Shown here piece after piece: positions 48,554-59,893 of a stretch of 64,000 bases of DNA; the stretch's first letter is position 1; every line of letters starts with the position of its first letter. A program made the position numbers and the translations under genes. The DNA comes from Dethiobacteria bacterium (lineage in GTDB: Bacteria; Bacillota; Dethiobacteria; DTU022; UBA8154), in the NCBI GenBank assembly GCA_050948785.1, contig JBMNEM010000006.1:7313-71312 (forward strand), written 5' to 3'. The notes under the pieces are model-generated. The model was not told the origin of the DNA. It made no database searches and worked only from the letters and a program-made list of their open reading frames with translations.

Positions 48554-49111
48554 CTATTTGACCGTTTCCTCGGCTTCTTTTTCTACTTCATTTTCCTGGT
48601 CCTCTTCTGCCTGCCAAAAAGGGACAATCCGGCTTAAAACGCGGTCTTCATGATCTACAAACTGCCATACAGCATTATCCAGGTCCACAGCCTGCCGATC
48701 AACGGTAATCACATGGAAAAAATTATCCTTGGGTTCTACCAAAACCCTGATTTCCACCTCTCCAAACCTGGGTATGACATTCATATTGTGGATTTCACTG
48801 TTAACTGCAAATACAGCCACCTCTGCGGCAGCATTAAAGGGATAATCGGGAAGAGACAGACCCATATCCTGGGAAACCCTGGTCCATTCTTCATGATCGG
48901 CCACAAGACTAAAAGAAGTCGGCGCCGTCAGAGCCCCCTGATCAGTAGTGGTAAAAACCAGGCTCTCCACGCCGCCTTCCGGTAACCCGGCGGTTGGTTC
49001 GGTACGGAAAAAATTATCATAAACCGTCAGGCCAATCAAAAGTACCAGTAGAAACAACAGCGGAATGAGACGGCGTGCTTCTACAACAAAAAACTTGCTT
49101 CTTTTTCTCAT
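48554..49111 (-). CDS. Hypothetical membrane-anchored protein
   Basis: 185 aa, N-terminal TM, acidic C-terminus. Confidence 0.3.
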   Translation of the reverse strand: MRKRSKFFVVEARRLIPLLFLLVLLIGLTVYDNFFRTEPTAGLPEGGVESLVFTTTDQGALTAPTSFSLVADHEEWTRVSQDMGLSLPDYPFNAAAEVAVFAVNSEIHNMNVIPRFGEVEIRVLVEPKDNFFHVITVDRQAVDLDNAVWQFVDHEDRVLSRIVPFWQAEEDQENEVEKEAEETVK

Positions 49112-49256
49112 TAGCTTTCCCCCTTCAATATTTCCTTCCTTGATTATATGCGGGGGAAAGCCTGAGTATGACTGTCATTACAATTTACCGGGCATCTTCT
49201 ACTGTGCTGCTTAGCTTGAATAGTCCCTTGAAGAGTCTATTGGGGAGGGCTGCTTT

Positions 49257-50633
49257 TTACTCTACCAGGTAACCCTGCAGGTAACCGCGGCAATTTTTTG
49301 TCATGTAAACTTCGCCAATTTTACCCCTCCACTTTCCGGTGGGCACAGAAGCGTGTACCCGCAGGTAATTGGAGGTCAGGCCTTCAAAAAAGCTGCACTG
49401 CTCCCACTTTTTTTCCTTTTCCGGCTGCTGGCCAGCATTATCCCGGGTTACCGGCATTTTCAGCTCTTTTTCAAAAAGAACGGCAAGCCTCCGCCCGAGA
49501 AACTTTTCCTGAAAAGTTGCAGAGAGCTCCTCTCCCAGGGAGAGCATGGCCTTGCTCCTTTCCTCTTTTGCCTGTGGGGAAACCTGCGGGGTCATGGCCG
49601 CAGCCTTCGTGCCCGGACGGGGTGAATATTTAAAGACATGTAAACGGCTGAAGGAACATTCCCGGACAAAACTGATACTATTATGAAAATGTTCGGTGTC
49701 CTCCCCGGGAAACCCGACCATAATATCCGTGCTTACAGCCAGATCGGGTAAAACATCCCGTAACCTCTTTAAAAGACCGGCATAGCCGGCAGTATCGTAA
49801 GGACGCCCCATTTTCCTTAAAATAGTGTCATCGCCGCTCTGTAAAGGGATATGTAAATGGCAGCAAATTTTTTTTTGAGCCTGGAGTACAGAAATCAGTT
49901 CTTCACTGAAATCTGTCGGTTCAATTGAACTGAGGCGGATTCTCTCTATCCCCTCCACCGTAACAGCCTTTTTCAAAAAAGAAGCCAAGCTTACCGGAGG
50001 GGTAAAATCCATCCCGTACAACCCCAGGTGAATACCCGTGAGTACTACTTCCTTAAAGCCGGAGCTGCTGATATCCTGCAGGTATTCCATCCCTTTTTGA
50101 AGGGAAAGACTGCGCAGCGGCCCCCGGGCCAGAGGAATAATGCAATAACTGCAAAATTGGCTGCAGCCATCCTGTATCTTTAAAAAAGCCCTTGTCCGGC
50201 CTTGTTCTGGCAGAAAGGGCATCTCCTCAAAAACAGCCTTTTCCCTGTAAGGTTTAACCGGGGAAATAAAATTTTCTCCGGCAAGCTTTTTTTTGACCAG
50301 TTGCGGCAGAGAAAGGCGTTCGGCGGTACCTAAAAATAAATCTGCCTCGGGCAAAGAGGCAACACCGGCGGGATTGGCCTGGACATAGCAACCTGTCACC
50401 GCCACCAGAGCTTCGGGGTTACGCCTTTTCGCCCGGCGAATAAGCTGCCGTGATTTGCGATCGGCCAAATGGGTAACGGTGCAGGTATTTACCACGTAGA
50501 CATCCGCCCGGTCTTTGAAATCGACAATCGTAAAGCCTTCCCGGCAGAATTCCCTTTTGAGGGCCTCCGTATCATAATAATTTACTTTGCATCCCAGAGT
50601 GTAAAAGGCAACCTTCAATGGCAATGAACACAC
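49257..50633 (-). CDS. mtaB: Radical-SAM tRNA methylthiotransferase MtaB (YqeV-type)
   Basis: 'VAFYTLGCKVNYYDTE' MTTase N-terminus, CxxxCxxC 'CSQFCSYC', TRAM C-terminus. Confidence 0.8.
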   Translation of the reverse strand: MCSLPLKVAFYTLGCKVNYYDTEALKREFCREGFTIVDFKDRADVYVVNTCTVTHLADRKSRQLIRRAKRRNPEALVAVTGCYVQANPAGVASLPEADLFLGTAERLSLPQLVKKKLAGENFISPVKPYREKAVFEEMPFLPEQGRTRAFLKIQDGCSQFCSYCIIPLARGPLRSLSLQKGMEYLQDISSSGFKEVVLTGIHLGLYGMDFTPPVSLASFLKKAVTVEGIERIRLSSIEPTDFSEELISVLQAQKKICCHLHIPLQSGDDTILRKMGRPYDTAGYAGLLKRLRDVLPDLAVSTDIMVGFPGEDTEHFHNSISFVRECSFSRLHVFKYSPRPGTKAAAMTPQVSPQAKEERSKAMLSLGEELSATFQEKFLGRRLAVLFEKELKMPVTRDNAGQQPEKEKKWEQCSFFEGLTSNYLRVHASVPTGKWRGKIGEVYMTKNCRGYLQGYLVE

Positions 50634-50652
50634 CCCTGCAATAATTTCAGAA

Positions 50653-51414
50653 TTAGTAGCACCCCAGATCCCCCCAAACGTACATCAGCACAGCAAGAAC
50701 AGCCAGGGGGGCTGTCTCTGCCCTTAAAATACGCGGCCCCAGAGTAAGAGGGTAAAAACCTGAGAGCCTCTTTAGTTTTTCCATTTCCCGGGGAGCAATT
50801 CCCCCCTCCGGGCCGGTAAAAATGCATACTGACTGCGGGGGGACTTTAATACTTTCAACCAAGTGCCGGAGTCCCCTCTCCCTTTCTTCCTCCCAGGGGA
50901 CAAGAATCATTTTTTCTCCGTGCAGCAGGTCAAGCATCTCCGTAAAACTTAAAGGTTTTAAGACCTCCGGGACAAAACTGCGGCGACACTGCGCCGCAGC
51001 AGCAAAGGCAATATTTTGCCAGCGCCGGGCCCTTTCCTCCCCTTTGCCCCTCTTTAGTTTTACAACCGTCCTCTCGGTTAAGACCGGAACAATTTTGCTC
51101 ACGCCCAGCTCTACAGACTGACGGACAATCCGGTCCATTTTTTCGCCTTTGGCAATTCCCGAAAACAAAGTTACTTCCAGCGGGGGCTCAGCATTTCTGT
51201 CCAACTCATGTAAAATCTTCGCCTCAGCTGACTGCGCACCGCGGGAAAGAAGGCGGGCTGCAAAAGCCCTGCCCCTGCCATCGGCAAGCACAATACGTTC
51301 GCCCGGCCTTAACCGTGCTGCCTTTAGATGCGTAAACACCTTTCCTTTCAAAATAATATGCTCTTGATTATAAAGATCCCCCGGAGGAAGAAAAAACCAG
51401 AAAGACACCCGCAT
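50653..51414 (-). CDS. rsmE: 16S rRNA (uracil1498-N3)-methyltransferase RsmE
   Basis: PUA-like N-terminus, SPOUT fold 'IFTGPEGG'. Confidence 0.85.
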   Translation of the reverse strand: MRVSFWFFLPPGDLYNQEHIILKGKVFTHLKAARLRPGERIVLADGRGRAFAARLLSRGAQSAEAKILHELDRNAEPPLEVTLFSGIAKGEKMDRIVRQSVELGVSKIVPVLTERTVVKLKRGKGEERARRWQNIAFAAAAQCRRSFVPEVLKPLSFTEMLDLLHGEKMILVPWEEERERGLRHLVESIKVPPQSVCIFTGPEGGIAPREMEKLKRLSGFYPLTLGPRILRAETAPLAVLAVLMYVWGDLGCY

Positions 51415-51471
51415 CTCTCCCGTATAATCCCATGATCGTAAACCTGAGATCTTGATATACTCTAAAGGCAG

Positions 51472-52602
51472 TTATTTCGCATTAAACGTATCCTTGACGC
51501 GTTCAAAAAAACTTTTATCCTCATGATCAGGAATTTCCAGGCCGCTGACCTGGGCAAATTCCTGCAAAATTTTTTTCTGCCGGGCATTTAGACGGCGCGG
51601 CACCTCCACTTTTATCCTCACAAGTTGATCTCCCCGGCCAAAACCCCGCAGAGAGGGCACCCCTTTCCCTTTAAGCCGAAAAACAGCTCCCGGCTGGGTC
51701 CCCTCCGGAATACGTAACTTAGCCTTCCCCTCAAGGGTGGGCACTTCAATTTCCCCCCCCAGAGCAACATGGACAAAACTAAGCGGGATTTCACAAACAA
51801 GGTTATTATTCTGGCGTTTAAATATTTCATGGGGGCGCACGTGAATGACCACGTAAAGATCTCCCGGTGGCCCCCCTTTGGTTCCAGCTTCTCCTTCACC
51901 GGAAATACGCAACCTGGAACCGCTGTCCACGCCGGGAGGAATCTTAATTTCAATTTTTCTTTCCCGTATAACCCGCCCTTCACCGCGGCATTGTGGGCAG
52001 TGCTCCTTAATAATCCGGCCTTCGCCCCGGCATTTTTCACAAGTTTTTACACTGACAAAACGACCAAAGGCGGTATTGCGCACAACCTGCTGCTGGCCCG
52101 TACCCCCACAGGCCGTGCAGGTAACAGGGGAAGTTCCTTCCCGGGCCCCTGTCCCCCCGCAAGCGGGACAATTTTCAGCCCGGGGAATATTTAAAAAGGT
52201 TGTTTTCCCCTGGACAGCTTCCTTTAGGGAAATTTCCAGATCATAGCGCAAATCCGCGCCGCGCCGTGGAGCGGATGCCTGCCGGCCTCTTCCCGTTGTA
52301 AAGCCGCCTCCAAAAAAGGTATCAAAAATGTCTTCAAACCCGGAGGTAAAATCACCAAATCCCCCAAACCCCTGGAAAGATTCTCCTTCATGACCGAAAC
52401 GATCATAGTTCTCTCTTTTTTGGGGATCACTGAGGACCTCGTAAGCATCTTTGATTTCTTTAAATTTGGCCTCACTGTCCTTATCAGAATTAACATCAGG
52501 ATGATACTGCCGGGCCAGTTTGCGATATGCTTTTTTAATTTCTTCCGGGCCGGCATCTCTCTTTACACCCAGAGTCTCATAATAATCTTTCTTCACAGTC
52601 AT
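51472..52602 (-). CDS. dnaJ: Chaperone DnaJ
   Basis: J-domain 'DYYETLGV...HPD', G/F region, four CxxCxGxG zinc motifs. Confidence 0.95.
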   Translation of the reverse strand: MTVKKDYYETLGVKRDAGPEEIKKAYRKLARQYHPDVNSDKDSEAKFKEIKDAYEVLSDPQKRENYDRFGHEGESFQGFGGFGDFTSGFEDIFDTFFGGGFTTGRGRQASAPRRGADLRYDLEISLKEAVQGKTTFLNIPRAENCPACGGTGAREGTSPVTCTACGGTGQQQVVRNTAFGRFVSVKTCEKCRGEGRIIKEHCPQCRGEGRVIRERKIEIKIPPGVDSGSRLRISGEGEAGTKGGPPGDLYVVIHVRPHEIFKRQNNNLVCEIPLSFVHVALGGEIEVPTLEGKAKLRIPEGTQPGAVFRLKGKGVPSLRGFGRGDQLVRIKVEVPRRLNARQKKILQEFAQVSGLEIPDHEDKSFFERVKDTFNAK

Positions 52603-52631
52603 TCTTCTTCCGCCCCTTTAAAAAAGAAGCC

Positions 52632-54494
52632 TTATTTCTTTTCCTCTTCGTCAACAACCTCATAATCAGCATCGACAACATCTTCCTGATTACTATTATA
52701 CGATCCGGCCCCGCCTCCCGGTCCATGGGGGTCTCCCCCTGTACCGGCCTGGTCTTCTTTACTGACCTGTTCATAAAGTTTGGTGGAAATCTCATGCAGG
52801 AGTCCGCTTAATCGCTCAGAGGCAGCTTTTATTTTTTCCAGATCACTGCTTTCTGCAGCTTCTTTTAGCTCCCCAATCGCCCCTTCAATGCGTTCTTTTG
52901 CAGCGCCGTCCACTTTATCACCCAGCTCACGCAGGGTTTTTTCGGTGGAATAAATTAAAGCATCAGCCTGATTGCGGGCATCAACAAGCTCTTTCATTTT
53001 TTTATCCTCGGCGGCATATTTTTGGGCATCCTCCACCATTTGTTCGATTTCGTCATTCCCTAAACCGGAAGAAGCCGTAATCGTCACCTTCTGTTCCCTG
53101 CCGGTCCCGAGATCTTTCGCTGAAACATTGACAATACCGTTGGCATCAATATCAAAGGAAACTTCAATCTGTGGGATTCCACGCGGCGCCGGAGGAATAC
53201 CGTCAAGGATAAAACGCCCCAGCGTTTTATTTCCCGCAGCCATTTGACGTTCACCCTGCAGGACATGGATCTCCACGCTGGTCTGGTTATCGGCAGCCGT
53301 AGAAAAAATCTGCTTCTTATCCGTGGGTATAGTTGTATTTCTTTCGATAATTTTCGTAAAAACCCCGCCCAGGGTTTCAATGCCCAGGGAGAGTGGTGTT
53401 ACGTCAAGCAGCAAAACATCCTTCACTTCGCCAGCCAAAACTCCCCCCTGAATAGCTGCCCCCAAGGCGACGACTTCATCGGGATTGACACCCTTGTGTG
53501 GCTCCTTACCGAGAAGATCTTTAATCACCTTCTGAACTAGGGGGACCCTTGTGGAACCGCCCACTAAAATAACCCGGTCAATACCTTTCGTTCCTAGGCC
53601 GGAATCAGAAAGGGCCTGGCGTAAAGGGCCCATGCTTTTTTCTACAAGATCCTCAATCAGTTCCTCAAATTTGGCTCTGGTAAGAGTCATATCCAGGTGT
53701 TTGGGCCCATCGGCCGTAGCCGTAATAAAAGGAAGATTGATATTGGTACTTGTAACACTGGATAGTTCGATTTTCGCTTTTTCCGCGGCATCTTTTAAAC
53801 GCTGCATCGCAGTGCGGTCCTTACTCAAGTCAACTCCCGTTTCTTTCCTGAACTCGGAGGTCAGGTAGGAGATCACCCGTTCATCAAAGTCATCACCGCC
53901 CAAGCGGTTGTTCCCGCTGGTAGCCTTAACCTCCACCACTCCCTCACCGAGTTCCAGGATGGAGACATCAAAAGTTCCGCCGCCCAAATCATAAACCAGG
54001 ATGGTGTGATCTTCACCTTTATCCAGGCCGTAGGCCAGAGCCGCTGCCGTCGGCTCATTGATAATGCGCATGACCTCCAACCCGGCAATACGGCCGGCAT
54101 CTTTAGTCGCTTGCCGCTGGCTGTCCGAAAAATAAGCGGGAACGGTAATAACTGCTTTTTCAACTTTTTCTCCTAGGTAGCTTTCAGCATCGGCTTTGAG
54201 CTTTTGCAAGATCATGGAAGAAATTTCCTGAGGTGTATAGTCCTGCCCATTGATATGGGCTTTATAACCCGTTCCCATTTCTCTTTTAATCGAGAGAACC
54301 GTCCGGTCAGGATTTGTAATCGACTGGCGTTTAGCCACCTGCCCGACTATTCTTTCCCCTTCCCTGGTAAAAGCTACCACGGAAGAAGTTAACCTGCTAC
54401 CTTCGGCATTCGGTATTATTTCCGGCACACCGCCTTCTAAAACGGCAACGGCGCAATTTGTTGTTCCCAGGTCAATACCGATAATTTTAGACAT
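52632..54494 (-). CDS. dnaK: Chaperone DnaK (Hsp70)
   Basis: '[14 protein letters not shown]', '[10 protein letters not shown]'. Confidence 0.95.
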   Translation of the reverse strand: MSKIIGIDLGTTNCAVAVLEGGVPEIIPNAEGSRLTSSVVAFTREGERIVGQVAKRQSITNPDRTVLSIKREMGTGYKAHINGQDYTPQEISSMILQKLKADAESYLGEKVEKAVITVPAYFSDSQRQATKDAGRIAGLEVMRIINEPTAAALAYGLDKGEDHTILVYDLGGGTFDVSILELGEGVVEVKATSGNNRLGGDDFDERVISYLTSEFRKETGVDLSKDRTAMQRLKDAAEKAKIELSSVTSTNINLPFITATADGPKHLDMTLTRAKFEELIEDLVEKSMGPLRQALSDSGLGTKGIDRVILVGGSTRVPLVQKVIKDLLGKEPHKGVNPDEVVALGAAIQGGVLAGEVKDVLLLDVTPLSLGIETLGGVFTKIIERNTTIPTDKKQIFSTAADNQTSVEIHVLQGERQMAAGNKTLGRFILDGIPPAPRGIPQIEVSFDIDANGIVNVSAKDLGTGREQKVTITASSGLGNDEIEQMVEDAQKYAAEDKKMKELVDARNQADALIYSTEKTLRELGDKVDGAAKERIEGAIGELKEAAESSDLEKIKAASERLSGLLHEISTKLYEQVSKEDQAGTGGDPHGPGGGAGSYNSNQEDVVDADYEVVDEEEKK

Positions 54495-54575
54495 TGCTAT
54501 TCCCTCCTCATAAAAGTTAGCCTTTTTGAACTACTTTGAACTGCTGTGCGGGCAAATCATTGATTTTCTACCCGT

Positions 54576-55169
54576 TTATTCTACAGAAACCTTGACCTTA
54601 CTTGCTCGTAAAACCCTTTCGTTCATGATATATCCTTTTTGCAGCTCCTCCACAACCGTATCAGGAGGATAAGCAGAACCTTCTTCTCTTAAAACAGCCT
54701 CATGATAGTGGGGATTAAAAGGCTGCCCGACACTTTCGATCGGAGCTACCCCTTCGCTCATTAAAATCTCCATAAAATGTTTTTTAATCATCTCCAGCCC
54801 TTCCCTGATACTCGCAGGGCCTTCTTGTAAGACTGAAAGAGCCCTTTCCAGGTTATCAATTACCGGTAAAAGTTTTTGGACCAGGTTAAAGTTCGCCAAA
54901 GTAATCATTTCTTCTTTTTCAGCGCGCCCACGCTTGCGAAAATTATCAAAATCGGCTTGCAAACGTAGCAATCTATTTTTGATCTCGCCTTTTTCCTGCT
55001 CAAGCTCAGCAACTTTTTGTTGCAGCCTTTCCACAGATAAAAACTCCGTTTCTTTCCCAGTTTCTTCAGTTTCCGGAGTTTCTTCCCTATCCCCGGCTTC
55101 TTGCCGGGCAGGAATATCTTTTCCCTCTGCAGAAGTACCTGGAAACGAATGAGGGTTTTTTTCCTCCAC
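54576..55169 (-). CDS. grpE: Nucleotide exchange factor GrpE
   Basis: Start set at GTG 55167-55169 (RBS AAAGGAG) just after the hrcA stop, instead of the hrcA-overlapping ATG at 55328; C-terminal GrpE core. Confidence 0.85.
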   Translation of the reverse strand: MEEKNPHSFPGTSAEGKDIPARQEAGDREETPETEETGKETEFLSVERLQQKVAELEQEKGEIKNRLLRLQADFDNFRKRGRAEKEEMITLANFNLVQKLLPVIDNLERALSVLQEGPASIREGLEMIKKHFMEILMSEGVAPIESVGQPFNPHYHEAVLREEGSAYPPDTVVEELQKGYIMNERVLRASKVKVSVE

Positions 55170-55189
55170 TGCCTGATCACTCCTTTTGA

Positions 55190-56218
55190 CTAAAGCCTTC
55201 GCAGATGACTGACGATCTGCTGAATAACGGCTACCGTTTTTGAATAGTTCATACGTGTGGGACCCAACACGGCAATAGTCCCCATTATTTCTTTGCCGAG
55301 GCAATAAGTGGCCATGACAAGACTGCACTCCTGAACCTCTTTCAGGATATTTTCCTTACCGATACGGATCACAACATCCTCCCCACCGGCAACCGGCCTT
55401 TCCAATAAAGCCGCCAGCAAAGAATGCTGTTCAAAAAGGGAAAGCAAAGTCTTGATCTTCTTGATATCCTCAAATTCAGGCTGGTTGAGTATATTGCTTG
55501 TGCCCCCTAAAAACACCCGTCTTTCATCTTCAGCCAAGCTATCTTCCAGCAGCATGAAAGTATCTTCCAGGAATTTAATATGGTGATAAAGATCACGGCG
55601 CAGCTCGCCAATCAGTTGGGAGGTAATTTTATCAATAGTAAGGCCCTCCAACCGCTGATTGAGGTAAGTGACAATACGCCCCAACTCACCGGAAGAAAGC
55701 GTTCGTGGAAGATTAATAATCTTGTTTTTGACAAATCCCGTATCTGCTACCAGGACCAGTAAACCCCTCCGGTTATCAACCGGCATAATTTGCAATTTTT
55801 TAAAAGCACTTTTTTTCAGCTGTGGCCCTAAAATAAGCGAAGTATAGTTGGTAAGTAAGGACAAGAGCTGGGAAGTATGCTTGATAATCTCTTCCATTTC
55901 CTTTAATTTCTCATACTCGTAAACTTCCTTAATCTTGGCCTTTTCTTTTTCCTCCAGTTCCGGAGCCTCCATCAGCCAATCCACATAATAGCGATAGCCT
56001 TTTTGGGAAGGAACCCTCCCGGCAGAAGTATGCGGTTGAAAAAGATAACCAGCCTCTTCGAGGTCAGCCATCTCATTACGAATCGTCGCAGAACTCAAGC
56101 CAATTTTGTAACGCCTGGCAATAGTGCGGGAACCGATAGGCTGGGCTGATTTGATGTGTTCGGTAATAATTGCCTGCAGAATGATCTGCTTACGTACACT
56201 GAGCCCCATCCCCTTCAC
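55190..56218 (-). CDS. hrcA: Heat-inducible transcription repressor HrcA
   Basis: Winged-helix N-terminus 'GSRTIARRYKIGLSSATIRNEMADLE'. Confidence 0.9.
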   Translation of the reverse strand: MKGMGLSVRKQIILQAIITEHIKSAQPIGSRTIARRYKIGLSSATIRNEMADLEEAGYLFQPHTSAGRVPSQKGYRYYVDWLMEAPELEEKEKAKIKEVYEYEKLKEMEEIIKHTSQLLSLLTNYTSLILGPQLKKSAFKKLQIMPVDNRRGLLVLVADTGFVKNKIINLPRTLSSGELGRIVTYLNQRLEGLTIDKITSQLIGELRRDLYHHIKFLEDTFMLLEDSLAEDERRVFLGGTSNILNQPEFEDIKKIKTLLSLFEQHSLLAALLERPVAGGEDVVIRIGKENILKEVQECSLVMATYCLGKEIMGTIAVLGPTRMNYSKTVAVIQQIVSHLRRL

Positions 56219-56227
56219 CCCTTATCA

Positions 56228-56254
56228 ATTAGCACTCAGAAGCCGAGAGTGCTA
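56228..56254. promoter_or_regulatory. CIRCE element (HrcA operator)
   Basis: TTAGCACTC-agaagccga-GAGTGCTAA: perfect 9-N9-9 inverted repeat immediately upstream of hrcA. Confidence 0.9.
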
Positions 56255-56515
56255 ACCACTCTTTTTTACAATAACACCCACCTTAAAATTTGTCAAGTTT
56301 AAAAACCTGTTTTCAACCTCTTGAGCTATCCTTGAAAAGGGGTACTGAGCTTCAAGTTATGCTTACACCTGAAAAATTCTATAATAAAGAGATAAAGAAC
56401 ACTTATCTGTCTTTCCCTGACCAAAGAATATCTCCGGACAGGCTGGGGTAGAATATATCGTTACTTGGCCCCTCGCTTCCCGGTGCTCTCCTGATAACAA
56501 TATTATTTTGTTTTA

Positions 56516-58138
56516 TTAACCAAAAAGTTTTATAAACTTTTCTACCAGTTTCGGATCAAACTGTGTACCGGCGTAACGCCGGATTTCCGCTACGGCTTCC
56601 TCATGTGAGAGGGCGCTGCGGTATGGACGTTTGCTGGTCAACGTATTATAAGCATTTACAATTGCAAGAATACAGCTGGTATGAGGTGCTTCCTTCTGCT
56701 GCAGGTCGCCGGTATAAATATCCTTATGAGCATGCTGGAAAAGAAGATTCGGGAGGGCAAGAAAACTCATTTCATCCGGCGGCAGTCCCACCTCTTTACC
56801 CAAGGTAAGAGCCATCTCCCTGACCTTATCATTTAATACTGAGGGAAAACCACGGGTAAAGAGAATGGAAAGGGTAGACAACAGCGAACGGGATAAGGGG
56901 CTTTTAAAATGTCCTACTTTATTAATCTTATCATGGTACATGGCGCGATCGGCTTCCCGAAAAACATCCGTCAGGGAATGCTCCGGTGATGTGCTGGTAC
57001 TTACCCCCAGTGAAATACTCAGGGGAACCTCCGGGCTGGAATGATTATAAAGCTCTATAGACTCTTTAATGCGCTGACAGGCCTGCAAGGCTATATTTTG
57101 GGAGGTATGCGGCAAAATAACGGCAAATTCATCGCCCCCGATACGGGCCACGACATCGGAAGAACGAAAAGGCCGGCTGATGGCTTTCGCCGCAGCTTTG
57201 AGCAGAACATCCCCTTGGTCATGACCCAAGGTATCATTAACAGGTTTTAAATTATCTACATCACAAACGATGATACTTGCCGGGCGAAAACGGGGCGTAT
57301 CCAGCCTGCGCATCTCCTCTTCAAAATAACCCCTGTTGTAAATGCCGGTCAGGGCATCATGGATGCTCAGGTATTCCAGTTTCTCCTCCGCTTTTTTGCG
57401 TTCTGTAATATCCATCTCCATACGGATAGCTTCCAAACAACGCCCACCCTCCAAAACAGGAAACATACTGGAATAAACCCAGCGCTTTTTCCCCTCGGCC
57501 GTCACGATAGTACATTCCCGCGCTTCTATGGGTAAGCCTTCATCAAAAACTTTCTTTAAATCTTCCTTAAACATCTCTGCTTCCCGGCCTTCCAAGAACA
57601 GCTCATAAAAAGGTTTTTCCAGGACATCCTTCATCCTCATACCGTACAATTTTTCAGAAACAGGATTCCAATGATAGATACAACCGTTATGATCAAAACT
57701 CTGGATAGCCACCATGGGAGTATATTTGATCATTGATTCAAAACGACCCAAAACGTCAGCAAGTGCTTTCTCCGCCCATTTACGCTCAGTAATATCCCTG
57801 GCCACCCCCCTTACTTCAGGAGGTTTGCTATCCTGGTGACAAACAACCACATTAAACTCTAAAAAGCGTTCCTGCTTTTTTCTGGTAAGCAGACAGAGCA
57901 CCTTTTGGACATACTTTTCCCTGGAGATACTCTGCAGGTAATGGGAATAATTTCCTAAAAACCGCGGGGCTACAAATTCTTTTAAATTTTTATGGAGAAC
58001 TTCCTGAAGAGTATAACCCAGCAATTGGAAAGCGTAACGATTAACATAGCTGATTTTTCCTTCTAAATCATGAATAAAAAAAAGATCCGGGACATCTTCA
58101 AAAAAATTATCAGAAAAGCTTTCTGCAATGCCCTTCAT
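56516..58138 (-). CDS. PAS-domain diguanylate cyclase (GGDEF) with C-terminal partial HD-GYP-like domain
   Basis: Two PAS/PAC-like segments; 'RIGGDEFAVIL' GGDEF motif; C-terminus 'AIVNAYNTLTSKRPYRSALSHEEAVAEI' resembles the end of HD-GYP domains, with no intact HD or GYP motifs seen. Confidence 0.7.
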   Translation of the reverse strand: MKGIAESFSDNFFEDVPDLFFIHDLEGKISYVNRYAFQLLGYTLQEVLHKNLKEFVAPRFLGNYSHYLQSISREKYVQKVLCLLTRKKQERFLEFNVVVCHQDSKPPEVRGVARDITERKWAEKALADVLGRFESMIKYTPMVAIQSFDHNGCIYHWNPVSEKLYGMRMKDVLEKPFYELFLEGREAEMFKEDLKKVFDEGLPIEARECTIVTAEGKKRWVYSSMFPVLEGGRCLEAIRMEMDITERKKAEEKLEYLSIHDALTGIYNRGYFEEEMRRLDTPRFRPASIIVCDVDNLKPVNDTLGHDQGDVLLKAAAKAISRPFRSSDVVARIGGDEFAVILPHTSQNIALQACQRIKESIELYNHSSPEVPLSISLGVSTSTSPEHSLTDVFREADRAMYHDKINKVGHFKSPLSRSLLSTLSILFTRGFPSVLNDKVREMALTLGKEVGLPPDEMSFLALPNLLFQHAHKDIYTGDLQQKEAPHTSCILAIVNAYNTLTSKRPYRSALSHEEAVAEIRRYAGTQFDPKLVEKFIKLFG

Positions 58139-58298
58139 TTTGATGTTCCTTTCACCAGTCTGATGATCTTCGGATATAATATCTTACTTTATTATAACAG
58201 AGCAACCTGAAAATTGAACCTACACCAAAGAATACTTTTTAAAAACAATATTTTACAATACCTGTAGCGGCGTGCCGGTTATTGAATAAAAATCATTT

Positions 58299-58496
58299 TT
58301 ATTTGAACAGCAGGAAATAATCTTTACCGGCAAAGATAATGATTATTTTATCCCTGTCCAGCTTGAAACTGAGAGCCTTTGCCGGGCTCTGGAGGGCCGT
58401 AAGTTCCAGAATACCCTTCTCGGCCGCGTACAGGCCACAATAAACAAGCAATAAAAAAAGCATCATCCCCCAAAAAAATAAGGCTACGGGTTTCAA
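58299..58496 (-). CDS. Small hypothetical membrane protein
   Basis: 65 aa, TTG start 12 nt after AAAGGAG, one TM helix. Confidence 0.3.
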   Translation of the reverse strand: MKPVALFFWGMMLFLLLVYCGLYAAEKGILELTALQSPAKALSFKLDRDKIIIIFAGKDYFLLFK

Positions 58497-58675
58497 CAGC
58501 GGATTAACACTCCTTTGTAAACCTTTAGCCTGTACTTTGAACCAAAAAAATTTTTTTATACCAACGGTAGCAATCCGATATTAGCATAAAGAAAAGCCAA
58601 CCGCAGATCTCCAGCCGCGGGCCAGCCGCGGGGACGGTCCTTGTGGCAGGGGAACAGCCGGCTCGCTGTCACGCC

Positions 58676-59824
58676 TTACTCAAAAGTACTGGCCAGTACT
58701 TCTGCCAGGTAGGGTATAGCCCTTTGGAGTTCTTCTTTGCTGTTTTCATGTCCGCCAATCTCCACAATAAGACTACGTGAATGCAAATGCTGGTTGTAGC
58801 AGTCATAAACATTTTTTAAGATACCCCGGGAAAAATCCGGGTACTTTTCCTGTAGGATGTTTTCTAAAAAAAGGGCAAAGCGCAGGTTACTGGACCACCC
58901 TTCATGACGGGTCCCAATCACAAAAAGAACTCTGGCTGTTTCCTGCCCGGCAACATTTGATGTCGTAATTTTACGGGAGGCACCGTCACGGTGCAAATCC
59001 AGTACCACCTGGATTTGCGGATTCTGCTGCAGTATTTTTTCGATAGCCGGGCCGGCTTTTTCGTAAGCATAACGCCGGGGGCGATCAAAAACCTCCTGAT
59101 AGTGCAGAACGGGAAGGCCATAATCATCCTGCAATATTTTGGTCAAGGCTGCACCGAGAGAAACTACGGTTTGATCCGGCTCGGTAGCATAAGTCTTTCC
59201 GGAAACAGGAAGAAAGGACTCGCTGGCATGCGTATGGTAAATGAGGAGCAGGGGTTTATCACTCTCAGGTGTAAAGGGCTTTTCCCGGGGAAGCTCCGTT
59301 CCTTTCTCCGCTAAAAATGAAACGCCTTCTTCCCCCTCCAAAAATATTTCTCCACCCGGAATACCGGAATCGTCCCCGGCAGCCGAAGGGTAAAACATTT
59401 TTGAGGCCTCCAGAACCTGAAAACCGGCCAACTCATTACTTAATAACATCTGTGGGTAATCCCGCCATAATGGAGACTTAAAATGTAAACCTGCTTCCTT
59501 ATCCGATACAATATTGGCAGGCCCCATGCCCGGAAGTGAGTTGGAAATCAAAGTAAGGTAATCCACGTTAAATACTCTCTCCGCAATTATTGTTTTGATG
59601 TTGCCGGAATTTAAAAACGCACCCGCGCTTAAGGGGTAAATAAAAAAAATAATAGCTATAATTAAACCGATAATCATCAGTACAGGGGTAAAATCCCGGC
59701 CGGAGGAGGAGCCCTTGCGAACAAGGTTGTGACGGTAAAAAGATCTTCTGGAACGCCTCACCAGGATACGTTTATTTATAAACAAAAAAACCCCCCTTTT
59801 AAAAATATCGTATTTACTATGCAT
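58676..59824 (-). CDS. spoIIP: Stage II sporulation protein P (SpoIIP, cell-wall amidase/endopeptidase)
   Basis: N-terminal TM; 'LLIYHTHASESF' hallmark. Confidence 0.8.
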   Translation of the reverse strand: MHSKYDIFKRGVFLFINKRILVRRSRRSFYRHNLVRKGSSSGRDFTPVLMIIGLIIAIIFFIYPLSAGAFLNSGNIKTIIAERVFNVDYLTLISNSLPGMGPANIVSDKEAGLHFKSPLWRDYPQMLLSNELAGFQVLEASKMFYPSAAGDDSGIPGGEIFLEGEEGVSFLAEKGTELPREKPFTPESDKPLLLIYHTHASESFLPVSGKTYATEPDQTVVSLGAALTKILQDDYGLPVLHYQEVFDRPRRYAYEKAGPAIEKILQQNPQIQVVLDLHRDGASRKITTSNVAGQETARVLFVIGTRHEGWSSNLRFALFLENILQEKYPDFSRGILKNVYDCYNQHLHSRSLIVEIGGHENSKEELQRAIPYLAEVLASTFE

Positions 59825-59893
59825 ATGCGGGGGGAGATAATAAATATGCTTTTCCCCGGAATGATCACAGATATAGTAATCCGTTATATTCCG

